A program made the position numbers and the translations under genes. This document shows, piece after piece, positions 1 to 15,024 of a stretch of DNA of 64,000 nucleotides. Within the stretch, counting starts at the first letter, position 1, and each line of letters opens with the position of its first letter. The DNA lies in assembly GCF_009914755.1 (NCBI RefSeq), contig NC_060926.1, one strand, 5' to 3'. Below the pieces are notes generated by a model that was given only the letters and a program-made list of their open reading frames with translations, had not been told where the DNA came from and made no database searches. The DNA comes from the human T2T-CHM13v2.0 reference genome, Homo sapiens.

Positions 1-582
1 GTATAGCAACCAAAAGAGCATGGTACTGGCATAAAAACAGACACATAAACCAATAAAACAGAACAAAGAACGCAGAAACAAACCCACACACATACAGTGA
101 GCCAATTTTTGACAAAGGTGCCAAGAACATACACTGGGGAAGGCTATCTCTTCAATTAATTGTGCTGGGATAATTGGATGTTTATATGCATAAAAATGAC
201 ACTAGACTTCTGTCTCTCACTGTACACAAAAATCAAATCAAAATGAATTAAAGAGTTAAATCTGATACCTCAAACTATGAAAACACTACAAGAAAACATC
301 AGGGAAACTCTCCAGGGCATTGGCCTGGGCAAAAATTTTTTGAATAATACCCCACAAGCAGAGGCAACCAAAATAAAAATAGACAATTGGATCACATCAA
401 GTTAAAAAAAACTCTGAACAAGCAAATGATACAATCAATAAAATGAAGGGACAACACATAGAATGGAAGAAAATATTTGCAAACTACTCGTCTGACTAGG
501 GGTTAATAACCAGAAAATAAAAAGCTCAAACAACTCTATAGAAAAGCTCTAAGAATCTGATCAAAAACTGGGCAAAAGGTTT
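1..582 (+). mobile_element. Old L1 (L1MA-type) ORF2 3' region, part upstream of the HERV-L insertion
   Basis: L1 ORF2 DNA motifs (gcatggtactggcataaaaacagacac; ttttgacaaaggtgccaagaac; aaaatatttgcaaactac). It stops at ggcaaaaggttt and resumes colinearly at 7218. Confidence 0.9.
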
Positions 583-1034
583 TGTGTTAGTCAGGGTTGT
601 CTAGAGGGACAGAACTAACAGGATATAGATACATACACATATATGATATAAAGGGGAGTTTATTAAGTATTAACTCACATGAACACAAGGTCCCACAATA
701 GGCCATCTGCAAGCTGAGGAGTAAGAAGAGCCAGTCTAAGTCCCACAACTGAAAAACCTGGAGTCCGATGTTTGAGGGCACTAAGCATGCAGCATGGGAA
801 AAAGATATAGCCTGGGAGGCTAGGCCAGTCTCACATTTTCACATTTTTCTGCCTGCTTTATATTCACTGGAAGCTGATTAGATGGTGCCCACCCAGATTA
901 AGGGTGGATCTGCCTTCCACAGCCCTCTGACACAAATGTTAATCCCCTTTGGTAACACCATCACAGAAAAAACCAGGATCAATACTTTGCATTCTTCATT
1001 CCAATGAAGTTGACACTCAGTATTAACCATCACC
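583..1034 (-). repeat. 3' LTR of HERV-L (MLT2A1-like)
   Basis: tgtgttagtcagggttgtctagagggacagaac...cagtattaaccatcac. The adjacent accccttgtc is the reverse complement of the polypurine tract. Confidence 0.93.
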
Positions 1035-1329
1035 AAGTGTACCCCTTGTCAACTTGAACCCACACACATCTCCTGAGATCATACATACTCTTCAAATAAA
1101 GATAATAATAAGGTCATAATTATTCCTACCATAATACAACTATCCTTCGTGCAACCAGAAATGCACCAATCCCTAAACCAAATATTATTACATAAAGTTA
1201 ACAATACATAAATGCTGATATGAAGTCAATAAATCTTATGTCACATGATAAAGGAAATAAAATGAAGATATTTTCTTAGTACAAGTGTATGCACGCACAA
1301 ACATGTTTTTAACGAAAGGAGGATATACT

Positions 1330-2964
1330 TATGAGAGTTACAGTCTTCGTTTCTGCAGGTAGTCATGTGGTTGTAGCTGCTATTGATGACTACCTTCTTC
1401 TACCACCCATTCTGTGTTCCCTTTGCCTTCAGCAAATAGCTCAGCAGGTCGTGTTTTTTTCCTGGTGGAGTAACCCAAACCTTCATTCCTGAAGGGTCTG
1501 GGCCATTTGTAGTCCTGCCTCGATTGGGCTCTTGTGGTTTCCCATTGACGTTAATCACAGGGCATGGTAATACTAAGAGATGCCCTAATGGATCTCCTGT
1601 ATTCCATGTATACTCTTCTTTACCTTCGTTGTGGAATAATACATCATCTTGATAGTCTGGGTCAATCACTCCAGCCAACTCCCTTCTTAGCCTGTTGACT
1701 TAAAGGTAGGAGGAGCCCAAAGCGCCCAGGCGGCAATCTTAACTTCCAGTTTAATGGAACCATTGTTGTGCCTCCTAGTGGCAGTCTTCCTCCCTCTGGA
1801 ACTAAGACCTCTAGGCCAGGAGAACATAATTTCGTGGGAATAGGAAGCAAAAATTTTGCTAGTGGATCACTAGGGGTGATGGTGAGTGGTGCCACTTCCA
1901 CTTTTACCCTTTGATTCCTGGACCCATGAGTCCTGGCTATGTGAGAAACAGTACTATATATCAGATGCTGATTCAGAGCAAACACAGCCATCCGGAGAAC
2001 TTTGCCCCAGCCCTGCAAACTACTGTCACCTAGTTGGTGTTGTAATTGTGACTTCAAAACGCCATTCCACAGTTCTATAAATCCAGCTGCTTCAGGACGA
2101 TGAGGAACTTGGTAAGACCAGTGAATTCCATGACCATGAGCCCACTGCTGCACTACTTTAGCTGTAAAGCAAGTGCCTTGGTCAGAGGAAATGCTGTCTG
2201 GAATACCATGATGGTGGATAAGACATTCCATGAGACCATGGATGGTAGTCTTGGCAGAAGTACTGCATACAGGATAGGCAAACCCATATCTGGAGTGTCT
2301 ATTCCAGTGAGGACAAACCTCTGCCCTGTCCATGATGGAAGAAGTCCAATATAATCACCCTGCCTCCAGGTACCTGGCTGAGCACCCCGAGGAATGGTGC
2401 CATATCGAGGGCTCAGTGTTGGTCTCCGCTGCCACCACAGTAGATACTCAGCAGTGGCTGTAGCCAGGTCAGCCTTGATGAGGGGAAGTCTATGTTGCTG
2501 AGCCCACGCATAACCTCCATCCCTACCACCATGGCCACTTTGTTCGTTGGCCCACTGGCCCACTGGGCAATGACGGGGTGGCTGGGGAAAGAGGCTGAGT
2601 GGTGTCCACAGAATGGGTTATCCTATCCACTTGATTATTAAAATCTTCCTCTGCTGAGGTCACCCATTGGTAAGCACTCACATGGTATACAAATATCTTC
2701 ACAGTTTTTGACCACTCAGGGAGGTCCATCCACATACCTATTGCCCAAATTTCTTTGTCATCAATTTTCCAGTCATGCTTCTTCCAAGTCCCTGACCATC
2801 CAGCCAAGTCATTGGCTAAAGCCCATGAATCAGTACATAATTGTACATCTGGCCATTTCTCCTTCCATGGAAAGTGCATGCCAGGTGAATTGTTCAAACT
2901 TATGCCCACTGGGAAGATTTCCCTTCACCATTGTCCTTCAGGGATGTCCTAGAAAGGGGCTGTA
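1330..2964 (-). pseudogene. HERV-L pol remnant: RNase H C-terminal part, integrase and dUTPase-like region (frameshifted)
   Basis: ORFs 2523-2909 (WKEKWPDVQLCTDSWA, RNase H), 2153-2563 (EQSGHGGRDGG, zinc-finger region), 1662-2333 (GIPDSISSDQGT..HRPEAAGFIELWNG, integrase core; WKLRLPPGRFGLL, dUTPase) and 1400-1678 (AGVIDPDYQD). Confidence 0.9.
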
Positions 2965-5079
<2,115 letters not shown>

Positions 5080-5093
5080 AGAAAGGGGCTGTA

Positions 5094-5615
5094 GTGCTAT
5101 AGCTGTCCACTCTTGGGTGGTGCCTGCATATCGTGCAGAACCACCTGTGGACCAGGCCCTAGTTTCTATTCCTCTGTCAGCTGATCATAGAGAACTCCTC
5201 ATAAGGTCATCAGCACAGGCCAGGGGAGAGAAGGCAGGGTGGCAGGAATGGAGACCACAGGCATTTGAGCCACTTCCTTGTGTAACGTACTTGTGCCTTC
5301 AGGACCTGCTCCAGCCCAATCATGTATATACCACTTCCATTTGATGATGGAATGCTGCTCTGCATCACCCACTTTATGGCTAGATGGGTCAGAAAGCACT
5401 CAGTTCATGATAGGCAGTTCAGGTCATATGCTGACTTGCTGACTCATAGTCAAATGTTCAGTTTCCATCAAAGCCCAGTAACCGGCCAAGAGCTCTTTCT
5501 CAAAAGGAGAGTAGTTACCTGCAGAAGATGGCAGGGTCTTGCTCCAAAATCCTAGAGGCCTCCGCTGTGATTCACTTATGGGGGCCTGCCAAAGGCTACA
5601 AACAGCATCCCTATC
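5094..5615 (-). pseudogene. HERV-L pol remnant (RT connection region to RNase H N-terminus)
   Basis: DRDAVCSLWQAPISESQRRPLGFWSKTLPSSAGNYSPFEKELLAGYWAL in ORF 5424-6311; MLSDPSSHKVGDAEQHSIIKWKWYI in ORF 5199-5399. Confidence 0.85.
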
Positions 5616-6740
5616 AGGCATTTCCAGGTCTCTCACAGTGGGCCATCTTTTAATCCATATTTCAGCTAACCAAGCAAATAAACTATTAGAACCTTTTTTA
5701 ACTCCCCAAGCTGCAACATTAAATGCTGAGTCCCTACTTAGTGGGCCCAAATCAATACAGTCAGCATGATCAAACTCTATGTTCCTTCCACCATTATCCC
5801 ACACTCTTACTATCCATTCCCATGCCTGTTCTTCAGATTTCTGTTTATATAAATTGGAAAACTCAAGCAGTTCTTTTCGAGTGTTATGTACCTCCTCATG
5901 GGTCACACTCTCAATCTCACCTCTAGGGGCCCGCTGAGACTTTAATCTAGTTACAGGTTTAGAAGCAAACAGGGATATTAGGGGTGGCTCTTGAGGAGAA
6001 TCAACATTATCTTGCCTGGCAACTGCCTCAGGGTAGGCCATCACTGCTGCCTCAGGCAGTGCAGGGTTTATCTCCTCAGACAAAGGTGGAAGGGCTAATG
6101 GCAGCATGGGTTGGGGTGGGGATGTTGCCATCACTAGGAATGGGGAAGTTGTTTCTTCTGGCAAAAAAAGTTCATCAGAGTTTACAAACTCACTGTCCCC
6201 AGCTTCATCAGAGTCCTCCAACACATCCCCATTCCAAGTTGCAGGGTCCCATTCTTTTCCAATCAATACTTTCACTTTAATCGTAGATACCTGGCAAGGC
6301 TGTGCATGCATCTTTCATTGCAGGCTAGCCACTCGCATGATAAGAGCTTCTGTCTGCTTTTCCACAATTTCAGTTCTTTCTGTATGGAAGATAAGACTCT
6401 CACTCAGAACAATATTAGCAGATTTGAGGCTCAGTATTCGCTTCTGAAGCCAGGAAATAGAATCCCTGAGTTCAACTTTTTCTTTCATCACTTTGTCCAC
6501 TGAACTTTATTAGCAACCAACAAGCTTGGTTGGTTCTCCACATATGGTTAAAGGTATTACGTATAGGTTCACTAAACTCCTTCCCTCTCATGAGTGGTGA
6601 ATCAGGAGTGTCAAATTCATTTATTTTGCATAACTCTCTAAATAGTTCATGGCAAGGACTGTCTTCTCTATACTGTTAGAAGTAGAGCCCTTAATATTTT
6701 TGAGTCTAATCATATTAAGCAGCCAACTCCAGAAACCCCA
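5613..6740 (-). pseudogene. HERV-L gag N-terminal remnant
   Basis: ORFs 6315-6500 and 5424-6311 (KVKVLIGKEWDPATWNGD; LYKQKSEEQAWEWIVRVWDNGGRNI) are typical of ERV-L Gag. The start position is approximate. Confidence 0.85.
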
Positions 6741-6785
6741 AAACCAACAAAAGAACTCCATTCTTAATATTCTGTTCCTCTGGAA

Positions 6786-6800
6786 CCACTCCTGGTACCA
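6786..6800 (-). promoter_or_regulatory. Primer binding site for tRNA-Leu
   Basis: The plus strand reads ccactcctggtacca, matching the 3' end of tRNA-Leu(TAA) as I recall it (...CCACTCCTGGTACCA). It lies 5 bp inside the 5' LTR boundary. Confidence 0.85.
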
Positions 6801-6805
6801 AAATC

Positions 6806-7217
6806 TGTATTAGTGAGAGTTCTCTAGAGGGATAGAATAGAGGTTTATTAAGTATTAACTCACACTATCACAAGGTACCACAATAGGCTGTCTGCAAGCT
6901 GAGGAACAAGGAGAGCCAGTCTGAGTCCCAAAACTGAAGAATCTGGAGTCCGATGTTCGAGAGCAGGAGGGATCCAGCATGGGAGAAAGATGTAGGCTGG
7001 AAGACTAGGCCAGTCTCACCTTTTCATGTTGTTCTAACTGCTTTATATTTGCTGGCAGCTGATTAGATGGTGCCCACCCAGATTAAGAGTGGATTTGCCT
7101 TCCCCAGCCCAGACGTAAATATTAATCTCCTTTGGCAACACCCTCACAGAGAGACTCAGGATTAATACTTTGCATCCTTCAACCCAATCAAGTTGACACT
7201 CAGTATTAACCATCATA
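6806..7217 (-). repeat. 5' LTR of HERV-L (MLT2A1-like)
   Basis: tgtattagtgagagttctctagaggg...cagtattaaccatcata. Colinear with 583-1034 but lacks its TA-rich segment. Confidence 0.93.
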
Positions 7218-7900
7218 AGTTTCAATAGACATTTCTCAAAAGAAGAAATACAAATGGCAAACAGGCATATGAAAACGTGCTCAACATCTTTGATCATCGA
7301 AGAAATGCAAATCAAAACTACAAGGAGATATTATCTTACCTCAGTTAAAATGGCTTTTATCCAAAGACAGGCACTATTAAATACTGGAGAGGATATGGAG
7401 AAAAGGGAACCCTTGGACATTGTTGGTGGAAATGTAAATTAGTATAACTACTATGGAAAACAATTTCGAGGTTCATCAATAAACTAAAAATAGAACTACC
7501 ATATCATCCAGCAATCCCACCACTGGCCATACACTAAAAAGAAAGGAAATCAATGTATCAAATAGGTATCTGCACTTTCATGTTTGTTGCAGCCCTGTTC
7601 ACAGTAGCCACAATTTGGAAGCAACCTAAAAGACCATCAACAGATGAATGGATAAAGAAAATGTAGTACTTATAAACAACAGGGTAGTATTCATCCATAA
7701 AAAGAATGATATCCTGTCATTTGCAACAACATAGATGGAACTGGAGGTCATTACGTTAATTGAAACAAGCCAGGCACAGAAAGACAAACGTATGTTCCCA
7801 ATTATTCATGGAATCTAAAAATAAAAAAATTAACTGGCTGAGACAAAGAGTAGAATAATAGTTACCAGAGGCTAGGAAGGGTAGTGGAGCAAGGGGGAAG
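7218..7900 (+). mobile_element. L1MA continuation (ORF2 end and part of the 3'UTR)
   Basis: caatagacatttctcaaaagaag continues the L1 broken at 582; ORF 7254-7442 reads [23 protein letters not shown]. Confidence 0.9.
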
Positions 7901-8569
7901 TCCTCTATATACAATAATGTTTTCTTTACTTTTTGAAAATAAGTATGCGTTCATGTATTACTTTTATAATATGGAAATAAAAGAGCATGCCTCAGTTACA
8001 AAAAAAAAGAGAGAGACGGGTTTCTTTCAGAGTATTCAGAGTATTTTACTTGCCCTTTCTAGCATAGTAGTCTTTACTATTTGAGTCAGTAAAACGATGT
8101 GGGGATTATCCCATCGATGAGTACATCTTGGATGCTTCCAGGAATTGAGGAAATGATTAGTAGGTTATTTTACAGACTCACTGGTTCCATTGTCCAATGG
8201 ATTTTGGCCAAAATGCTTATCTCTTGACTTCCATAAGTGTCCTCTCTGATGGCTAGGCCACAGAGAATTTCCAGTTTTTCTGGATTATTTCAGCTTTAAA
8301 TTAACATCCCATTAAAGAATAATGAGTGTTTCACTCTTCCTTAGGTTCAATCAATTTGGTGATTCCTTGCAGGTCTTTTAGCAGAAGGATAAACAGAAAA
8401 TTACAGGATATACCTATGGCAATAGGATCTGGCTTCCCCTTTGTGCCAAACATTGCAGGTCTCTAAATTGGCTCAGATCTTAGAATTGGATGAGAGGCTC
8501 TAATTCTCTATTGTGGAGTAAAACTGTAGCCTCTCCACCAGACTGAATTTTTTGCTTATCAGGGAGGAT

Positions 8570-9270
8570 TACACTGAGTAACTTTCTAATGTTAAACTAA
8601 TGTTCATTCTTGGGTTATGCTCAAGTAGGTTGTGAAATGTTATACTTCTCATATATTGCTAACATATGTTATTTTCATCTATGTCCACAAGTGAAATTGG
8701 TATGCTATTTTTATTCACAAAATTTCATTGTCCTGTTTGGTACCAAGGTAATGGTAGCTTTATTATGTGAGTGGAGTAATGTTCTCTCTTTAGCTATCCT
8801 CTAGAAGACATTGTGTAGATTTGAACTTCTTTCTCTTAAATATTTGACAGAATTCTCTTGAAATCTACCTATGGCTTAACTTCTCTGTGGAAATATTTTT
8901 GACTAATTCAATTTCTTTCATGGTTATAGGTGCATGAATTTTTCTTTTTCTTGAATTTGAATGTGATGTAAATTTTTCTAAAAATGTAGTCATAACATTT
9001 GTTTGAAATTTATTGTTATGACATTTTTCATTACATGTTCTTATTACTTCTTATTATGTGCAACACCTGTTACGTCTAACTAGTAAATACTGATATTTGG
9101 TCATCCCTCTCTTCTCTGTCTTATATAATCCATTTTACCAGAGGGATGTCAATAGTATTAGCAATTTATAAGAAACAACTTTTGACTTTGTTGATCTTCC
9201 CTATTATTTTTAGTTATTTTCTATTCAATACATATTTTTTATTTTCATTATTTCATCCTTTTTCTGTATT
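8570..9270 (-). mobile_element. Ancient L1M ORF2 fragment
   Basis: Degenerate antisense L1 motifs (ttttcatctatgtccacaagtgaaattgg; tttggtaccaaggtaatg; aaatatttgacagaattc; aacaacttttgactttgttgat). Confidence 0.65.
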
Positions 9271-9499
9271 CATTTTGGAATGCTTTATACCTGACCAATA
9301 ACTTAGAAAAAACAAATATCTCTATTCTTTAATGTCCCTTATTAATAGCATTTACAAATTTGAATAATACAGATATTACCTATAAGAGCAATGCTAACAT
9401 TAAAAATCTAAAATATGTGGCCCTTTCTTCATGATTATTGAAAGTCAGCAAGGAAATGGCTATTGCAAGCTACATAGTTGAAGACCTTTACTATGCAGA

Positions 9500-11070
9500 C
9501 AAATATTTCATTATGCTGGTGTCTCAAATACCTTGGAAAGCAGATTTAAAATTACAGCTTATGTAACTTTAATAGAATTGGATGGAAACCCTTAGAATAT
9601 TGCTATGTGTTGCCTTCTTTTGTGAGCTTTGCAACATAGGCTAGTTAGAACAGGTTGCTCTGAACAAGCAGCCTTAACAGTTGATAAGATTGTGTCCTCA
9701 AGTCCTTCTCAGGCAGGTCCTATAGGAATTTTCAGTTAGACAATGAAAGTGAGTTTAGGAGCAAAAATCAAATTAAGATGTTCGCCTTTCAATCCATTAA
9801 AGGTAGAGTAAAAGAATCCAGTAAATTAAAGAACAGTGTGTTCAAGTATAAAAAGTGTCTTTTTATGAGATTTTTGCTTATGATTAGTTGCAGAGGATAT
9901 TGATTAGAAGCCTACTAAATATTTTACGGAGTTGTATTTCCAAAGAAACACAAACCACCTAAAAAACCCTGTGATTTTTTTAAAGCCTGAAGCAAAACCC
10001 TGACTTCATACCTGTACCGCTGGCACGCAGACTGCACAAACTATCCAGCCTCTAAAAACACACTTTTCAATGCTTTGATTATGAAGGATAAGGAGAAGAA
10101 AAGTTTCCCAGAGGACAAAACCAAGAACCACAATAGCAATTTCCAGAGGGTATTATAATACAATGAGCTACCATAAGTAAACCAAGGAACCTAATTCAGT
10201 GACAAAACAAAGACTTTTCATGACTCTTGCCTAGTGGGATTTGATGGTTGCTACAGATTGGTAACTGCTTAATTTCCTATGCTTCTTTTGAAAAGATATT
10301 TTAATACACTTGTGCCATTATTATTTCATCACTACATATTGACATAGGAGAAAAAATATCATTTTCCCTTATGTTTTAATATTCCAAATCTGTTGAGCCA
10401 CATCAAGTGAACTGCACATCAATTTTGGAATTGTCTTCCTTGGAATATTCATTCTATCTACAAGGAAGACAATTACAAAATTGCATCCAACTCGAAGTCC
10501 ATCTCTCTGGGTGATGTGCAGTCCTCTCTATCAGGTCTTGTTGTGGCTCCTTATGTTGCAGTTTGATGCATGGGAAGAAGGGATTTGAACTTTTAGAGGA
10601 GAGATAAGCAGCGGACCATGGCAAAGACTGATCTTTTCTCCTTAGATATATATTCTACCCCTCTTCTACAGCTAACAGAACTTTAGTGAGGCATATGGCT
10701 GCACAGTTATAAAGACAATTTCTAGCCTCCTTTGAATCTAAATGTGCCTGTGTCCTGGCCAATGGGTTATAAGTTAAAAGTAATCATAACTTCTAGGTTA
10801 TGCCTTTTTAAAAAGTAGCACGCTTTTCCCTTTCCCTTTCCCATTATCTTTTCCCTGTGGTTGGCTGAATATGGATGGCTTAGCAGGAGCTAAAGAGAAG
10901 TTATGTAAGATTGGCAGATATGTAATGCCTTAGTAAGAAGAAATAAAGGCCCTTGGTCTCTAATACAGTAAAACACTCATATCATTTCTAGACCATTTAT
11001 TTTTGGACTCTATATGAGAGAGACGTGAACTTCTATTTTGGCCTTCATTACAAGAAATGAATCTATACTT
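9500..11070 (+). mobile_element. Ancient MaLR relic: MLT1 internal part plus an MLT1I/J-like LTR (about 10617-11070)
   Basis: tttctagcctcctttgaatctaaatgtgcctgtgtcctggccaatggg resembles old MLT1 LTRs; ggatttgatggttgctacagattggtaactgct resembles the MLT1-int 3' end. Highly diverged. Confidence 0.45.
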
Positions 11071-11189
11071 TAGTAAAATGCTAATGCCAGCCATTATAAT
11101 GTTTGTATGCAGATAGCTGAAAATTTTCCCATTCTTCTTTTCACATATTCAGAATCATATTATTTGAACTTTGAAGAACACTTGAAGTT

Positions 11190-11564
11190 TGTATTAATCC
11201 ATTTTCATGCTAAGAATAAAGACATACCCAAGATGGCAATTTAGAAATGCAAGAGGTTTAATTGACTAACAGTTCAGCATGGCTGGGGAGGCCTCAGGAA
11301 ACTTATAATCGTGGTGGAAGGGGAAGCAAACACTTCCTTCTTCACATGTCAGCAGGAAGCAGAAGTGCTGAGCAAAAGGGGAAAAGCCCCTTGTAAAACT
11401 ATCAGATCTCATGAAAGAACTCACTCACTACCATGAGAACAGCATGAGGGTAACTGCCCCCACGATTCAATTACCTCCCACCAGATCCCTCCCACAATAC
11501 TTGGGGATTATGGGAACTACAATTCAAGATGAGATTTGGGTGAGGACACAACCAAAATATATCG
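11190..11564 (-). mobile_element. THE1 (THE1C-like) solo LTR
   Basis: tgtattaatccattttcatgct...gagatttgggtgaggacacaaccaaaatatatcg; perfect 5-bp TSD aagtt (11185-11189 and 11565-11569). Confidence 0.9.
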
Positions 11565-13504
11565 AAGTTATTAATGAAGCTCAGCCCTGCCCCCTTTTGA
11601 TTTGAAACAGATACAGTGGCAAAAAAATACCAAAATTATTCTTATAGTAACTGATCTGTCCACTGCATTTCTCTCTTTGGCACTGGTAATCCTCCATTAC
11701 TGTTTGAGTTTCAGTGGTTATTTTAGTTATTGTTTTCTGCCTTATCTCCCTGCATTTAGTGAAATCTCTACACTCCTCCTGGTACTGAACATAATAAATC
11801 ACATCATACTCAAGCTATCTGGAAACTAAACCACTGGCATTTAAGATAATAAATTTCACAGCAAAAGCCCTTCTCTCTTCTACCACTAATCTGTTTTCCA
11901 TCCTCAGTCTATGACTAGTTGGAAATAACATTGCTTTGGTGTTGAGACTGCAGAGGATATAGAAATTCATACTTTGTGATAGTTGATAAAAATGAATTTT
12001 ATCAGGAAAATGAGAAAGTGTCTTCATATAATGAACTTTAGATAACTGTAGAAAAATAATCTGGGTATTTACTGTGAGATGAATACTTAGATTACTCAAC
12101 TAGACTAGCAGAAAAAAAATTATTTTTTGGATTTTGTATTACATTGAGAATTTAAAAACCCTTGAACCCTAAAGGCCTCCCAAATGCACTTAATATACCC
12201 AATGACTGTTATGTGGTTTATTCCATGCTTCCAAGAACATTTATTCTTTTTAGGTAGGTGAACAAACGTTGCAAGGAATATTCATAAGTCATGTTTTGAG
12301 TCACTAGTGGAACCTGGACTGAATTCTTGAACCTTTTCTCAAACCAGTTTAGTTCAATTTTTACTACATTGTATATACCTGAAAATTTTCAGTGCTGTAT
12401 ATGAAGCATTGTTTTGCATGACTCTCTGATTTTCACATTTTCTTATCATATTTTTAGTTGGCTATGTTTTACCCTTTTTTAAAGTCAGTCTAACCATCTA
12501 ATCTTACAACATCACATTTCTTACCCTTAGGTTGTAGGTGTGCATTATACAGCTTATCACATTTGGGTTATGCACAGATGGTGGGTCCAAACCACTAAAA
12601 TTTACTAAGCATGTCAATGCAAAATACAACAAAAGAGGGAGTACTTAAAGAGATTAGCCCTGACATTGGTGAGCCTAAATATGTCTTTATAGATGTGTCC
12701 TTTGTAGATGTTAGAGGCTACTTGTGTGTAATAAATGTGTGATAAATTAAATGTCATAAAGTGAGGTGTTTAGAGTCCATGGAAATGAAGTAAAAACTCA
12801 TTTTATAGCCAATTATCTGACTACAGGTTGGATGATATTAAGCCATCAATTATCTTTTTCCTAAGCATGCAGCAAGGTATCTTGTATTTCCTTTAGCATC
12901 ATACTTTTCCAGGATTTGGCTATTCTGAAAAAGTTGAATGATAATGGGATTCTTTTTACTCTTTTTCAAAATTAAGATTTCCTTCTTTATACTTTCAAAG
13001 AAAACAGAATTCAATTTTCTCAGCTCTTTTTCATCAAACCATAAGGAAAGATATATGTTCTCAGAAGCACCAGTCACACCCGAAAGGAAAGTGTTTGTCA
13101 ATGGCTCAATAGACCAATCAATGATGTATACTTTTACAACTGTATGGGTACAGTGAAGTACTTATAATAATAATAATATTGTACACTGATAGAAGTAACA
13201 AATATTATTATAGAAATATCCAAACTAATCAGTATGATGAAGCCTCATATGCATTACTTCTCTCCATCCCTCCTGCCACTTACTCTTTATTCTGGCAGTA
13301 TGATGATTCCCCCACATTCCTTTCTGTCTTTGTTTTGTGATCATTTACTATGTGTAAGGTAATAAGAATGTTAAAGAAAACAACACTGCCAGCCAGCTAT
13401 CAAGATCCATGTTGTATAGAGAAGAATAAACTTATACAAGTGAAAAGAATAAATAGCAAGCGCCCACGTGAATGACACAAACAATATAATAACAACAGCA
13501 ATAA

Positions 13505-13720
13505 AATGGTAATTAATATTCATTGAGCATTTACTACTATCTGTGCTAAACTCTTCCAGGTACTATATCACTGAATCCTCACAGCATCTGTGTGAGACAT
13601 GAACTAGTAGTATCCTCATTTTACAGACTGGGAAGGATTCAAGAGGTTATATAACCCACGTAGGTTTACCCAACTGCTAAGGGATAGAGATGGAACTGGT
13701 TTTCTGAGATCATAACTTCA
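13505..13720 (-). mobile_element. MIR SINE
   Basis: tattcattgagcatttactac...atcctcattttacagactggg...agaggtta, the antisense MIR core. Confidence 0.7.
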
Positions 13721-14604
13721 TAATACTCTAAAATGAAGAAGCTATTTTTTTTTCTAGGCATCACTCGGATGGTGTAATTAAATGATGTATAGAATACAAC
13801 TTATTCATTATAAAATAATTTTTTTATGTTGGGGCACAATGAAGGCACTACTTTCATATGATTTCAGCTTATGGGAAGAGAGAGATTTCCCCAGGGTTTT
13901 AGTTCACCTTTGGTTAGAATTGGTGCTCAGCCAACCTTATTTCCATAATGTTTTGAAGCCTTGCTGTATTAAACTATATTCAGGATAAACATTGACAAAT
14001 CAGTGTGGCACATACTTAAGATTTCAAGTTTTCAAAATCCATCCAAGATAACTTAACAGGATAAAAACATTGTTCCTAATATTGCAGAAGTTACCATGGT
14101 ATATTTCAAATCATAATTCTGAAACCGAATCAGCATACGTGATCATATTACTAATTGAATCTATAGCAAATATAGAAACAGGTGCATGCATAAAAATCTA
14201 CTTTGATAATTGAAATCCATTTTGAATAAACAACAAACAATATATCTTAAGTTGTCATTACTGTAGTATTCAAATGAAAAGAGATTCATGAATGATTATG
14301 CAAATTTTCAAGAAACACATTCAAAATGCGGTTTAAAAGCAGTGTGCAAAACATGAAAAGATGTCTATGCCTTGTTTTCTTTGGGCGATTAAGGTACTTG
14401 TATTTCATAAATCTAATATTTAAGGAGGACGAAGCTGGTAATTTAGTTGTCATGGCACAGATATAACTATGGGAAATTCCTATAAATATTGTTAGTCAAT
14501 GAGTGTTGGCCAGGAAGTTTGAAAATACATGATTCATGGGGAAAGAGACAAAAAAAAATCTTCAAACCATGAGACAGTATATAAAGAAACAAAGAAACAG
14601 GTGA

Positions 14605-14990
14605 TTCATTCATTCATTATTAATTAATTCAATAGATTCTTATTAAGCACTTTCTGTTTGCTGTGCAAGATAAACAAGTGGGCATGGCCTCTGCCTTCAC
14701 AGCACATTTTAGCGAGAGGTGCAGAGATTCTAAGACTAATAGCCCAATTCATTATTTAAGTAAAATTGTGATAAATGCTCCTAGACATCAGAGTGGACTA
14801 TGAGTGTCTTAGGAGGGCTTAAATTAGTGGGAGGCAAAAAAAATAGGGGGCATGGCAGGCACATCAAAGATAGATTCATTAGTGAAGCAACATTTGGGCT
14901 GAGATCTGAACACACAAGGTCAACTGATTATGTGAAAGAGGAAGACAGGCAGATTCTTTTGTGATGTGAAGTCCAATGCCAAACAGAACT
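14605..14990 (-). mobile_element. L2 3' fragment
   Basis: The tcattcattcatt tail and ttattaagcactttctgtttgc...catggcctctgccttcacag...acatttgggctgagatctgaa. Confidence 0.6.
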
Positions 14991-15024
14991 GTCATGGACA
15001 TAACATGGAATGGAACCTCAATGG

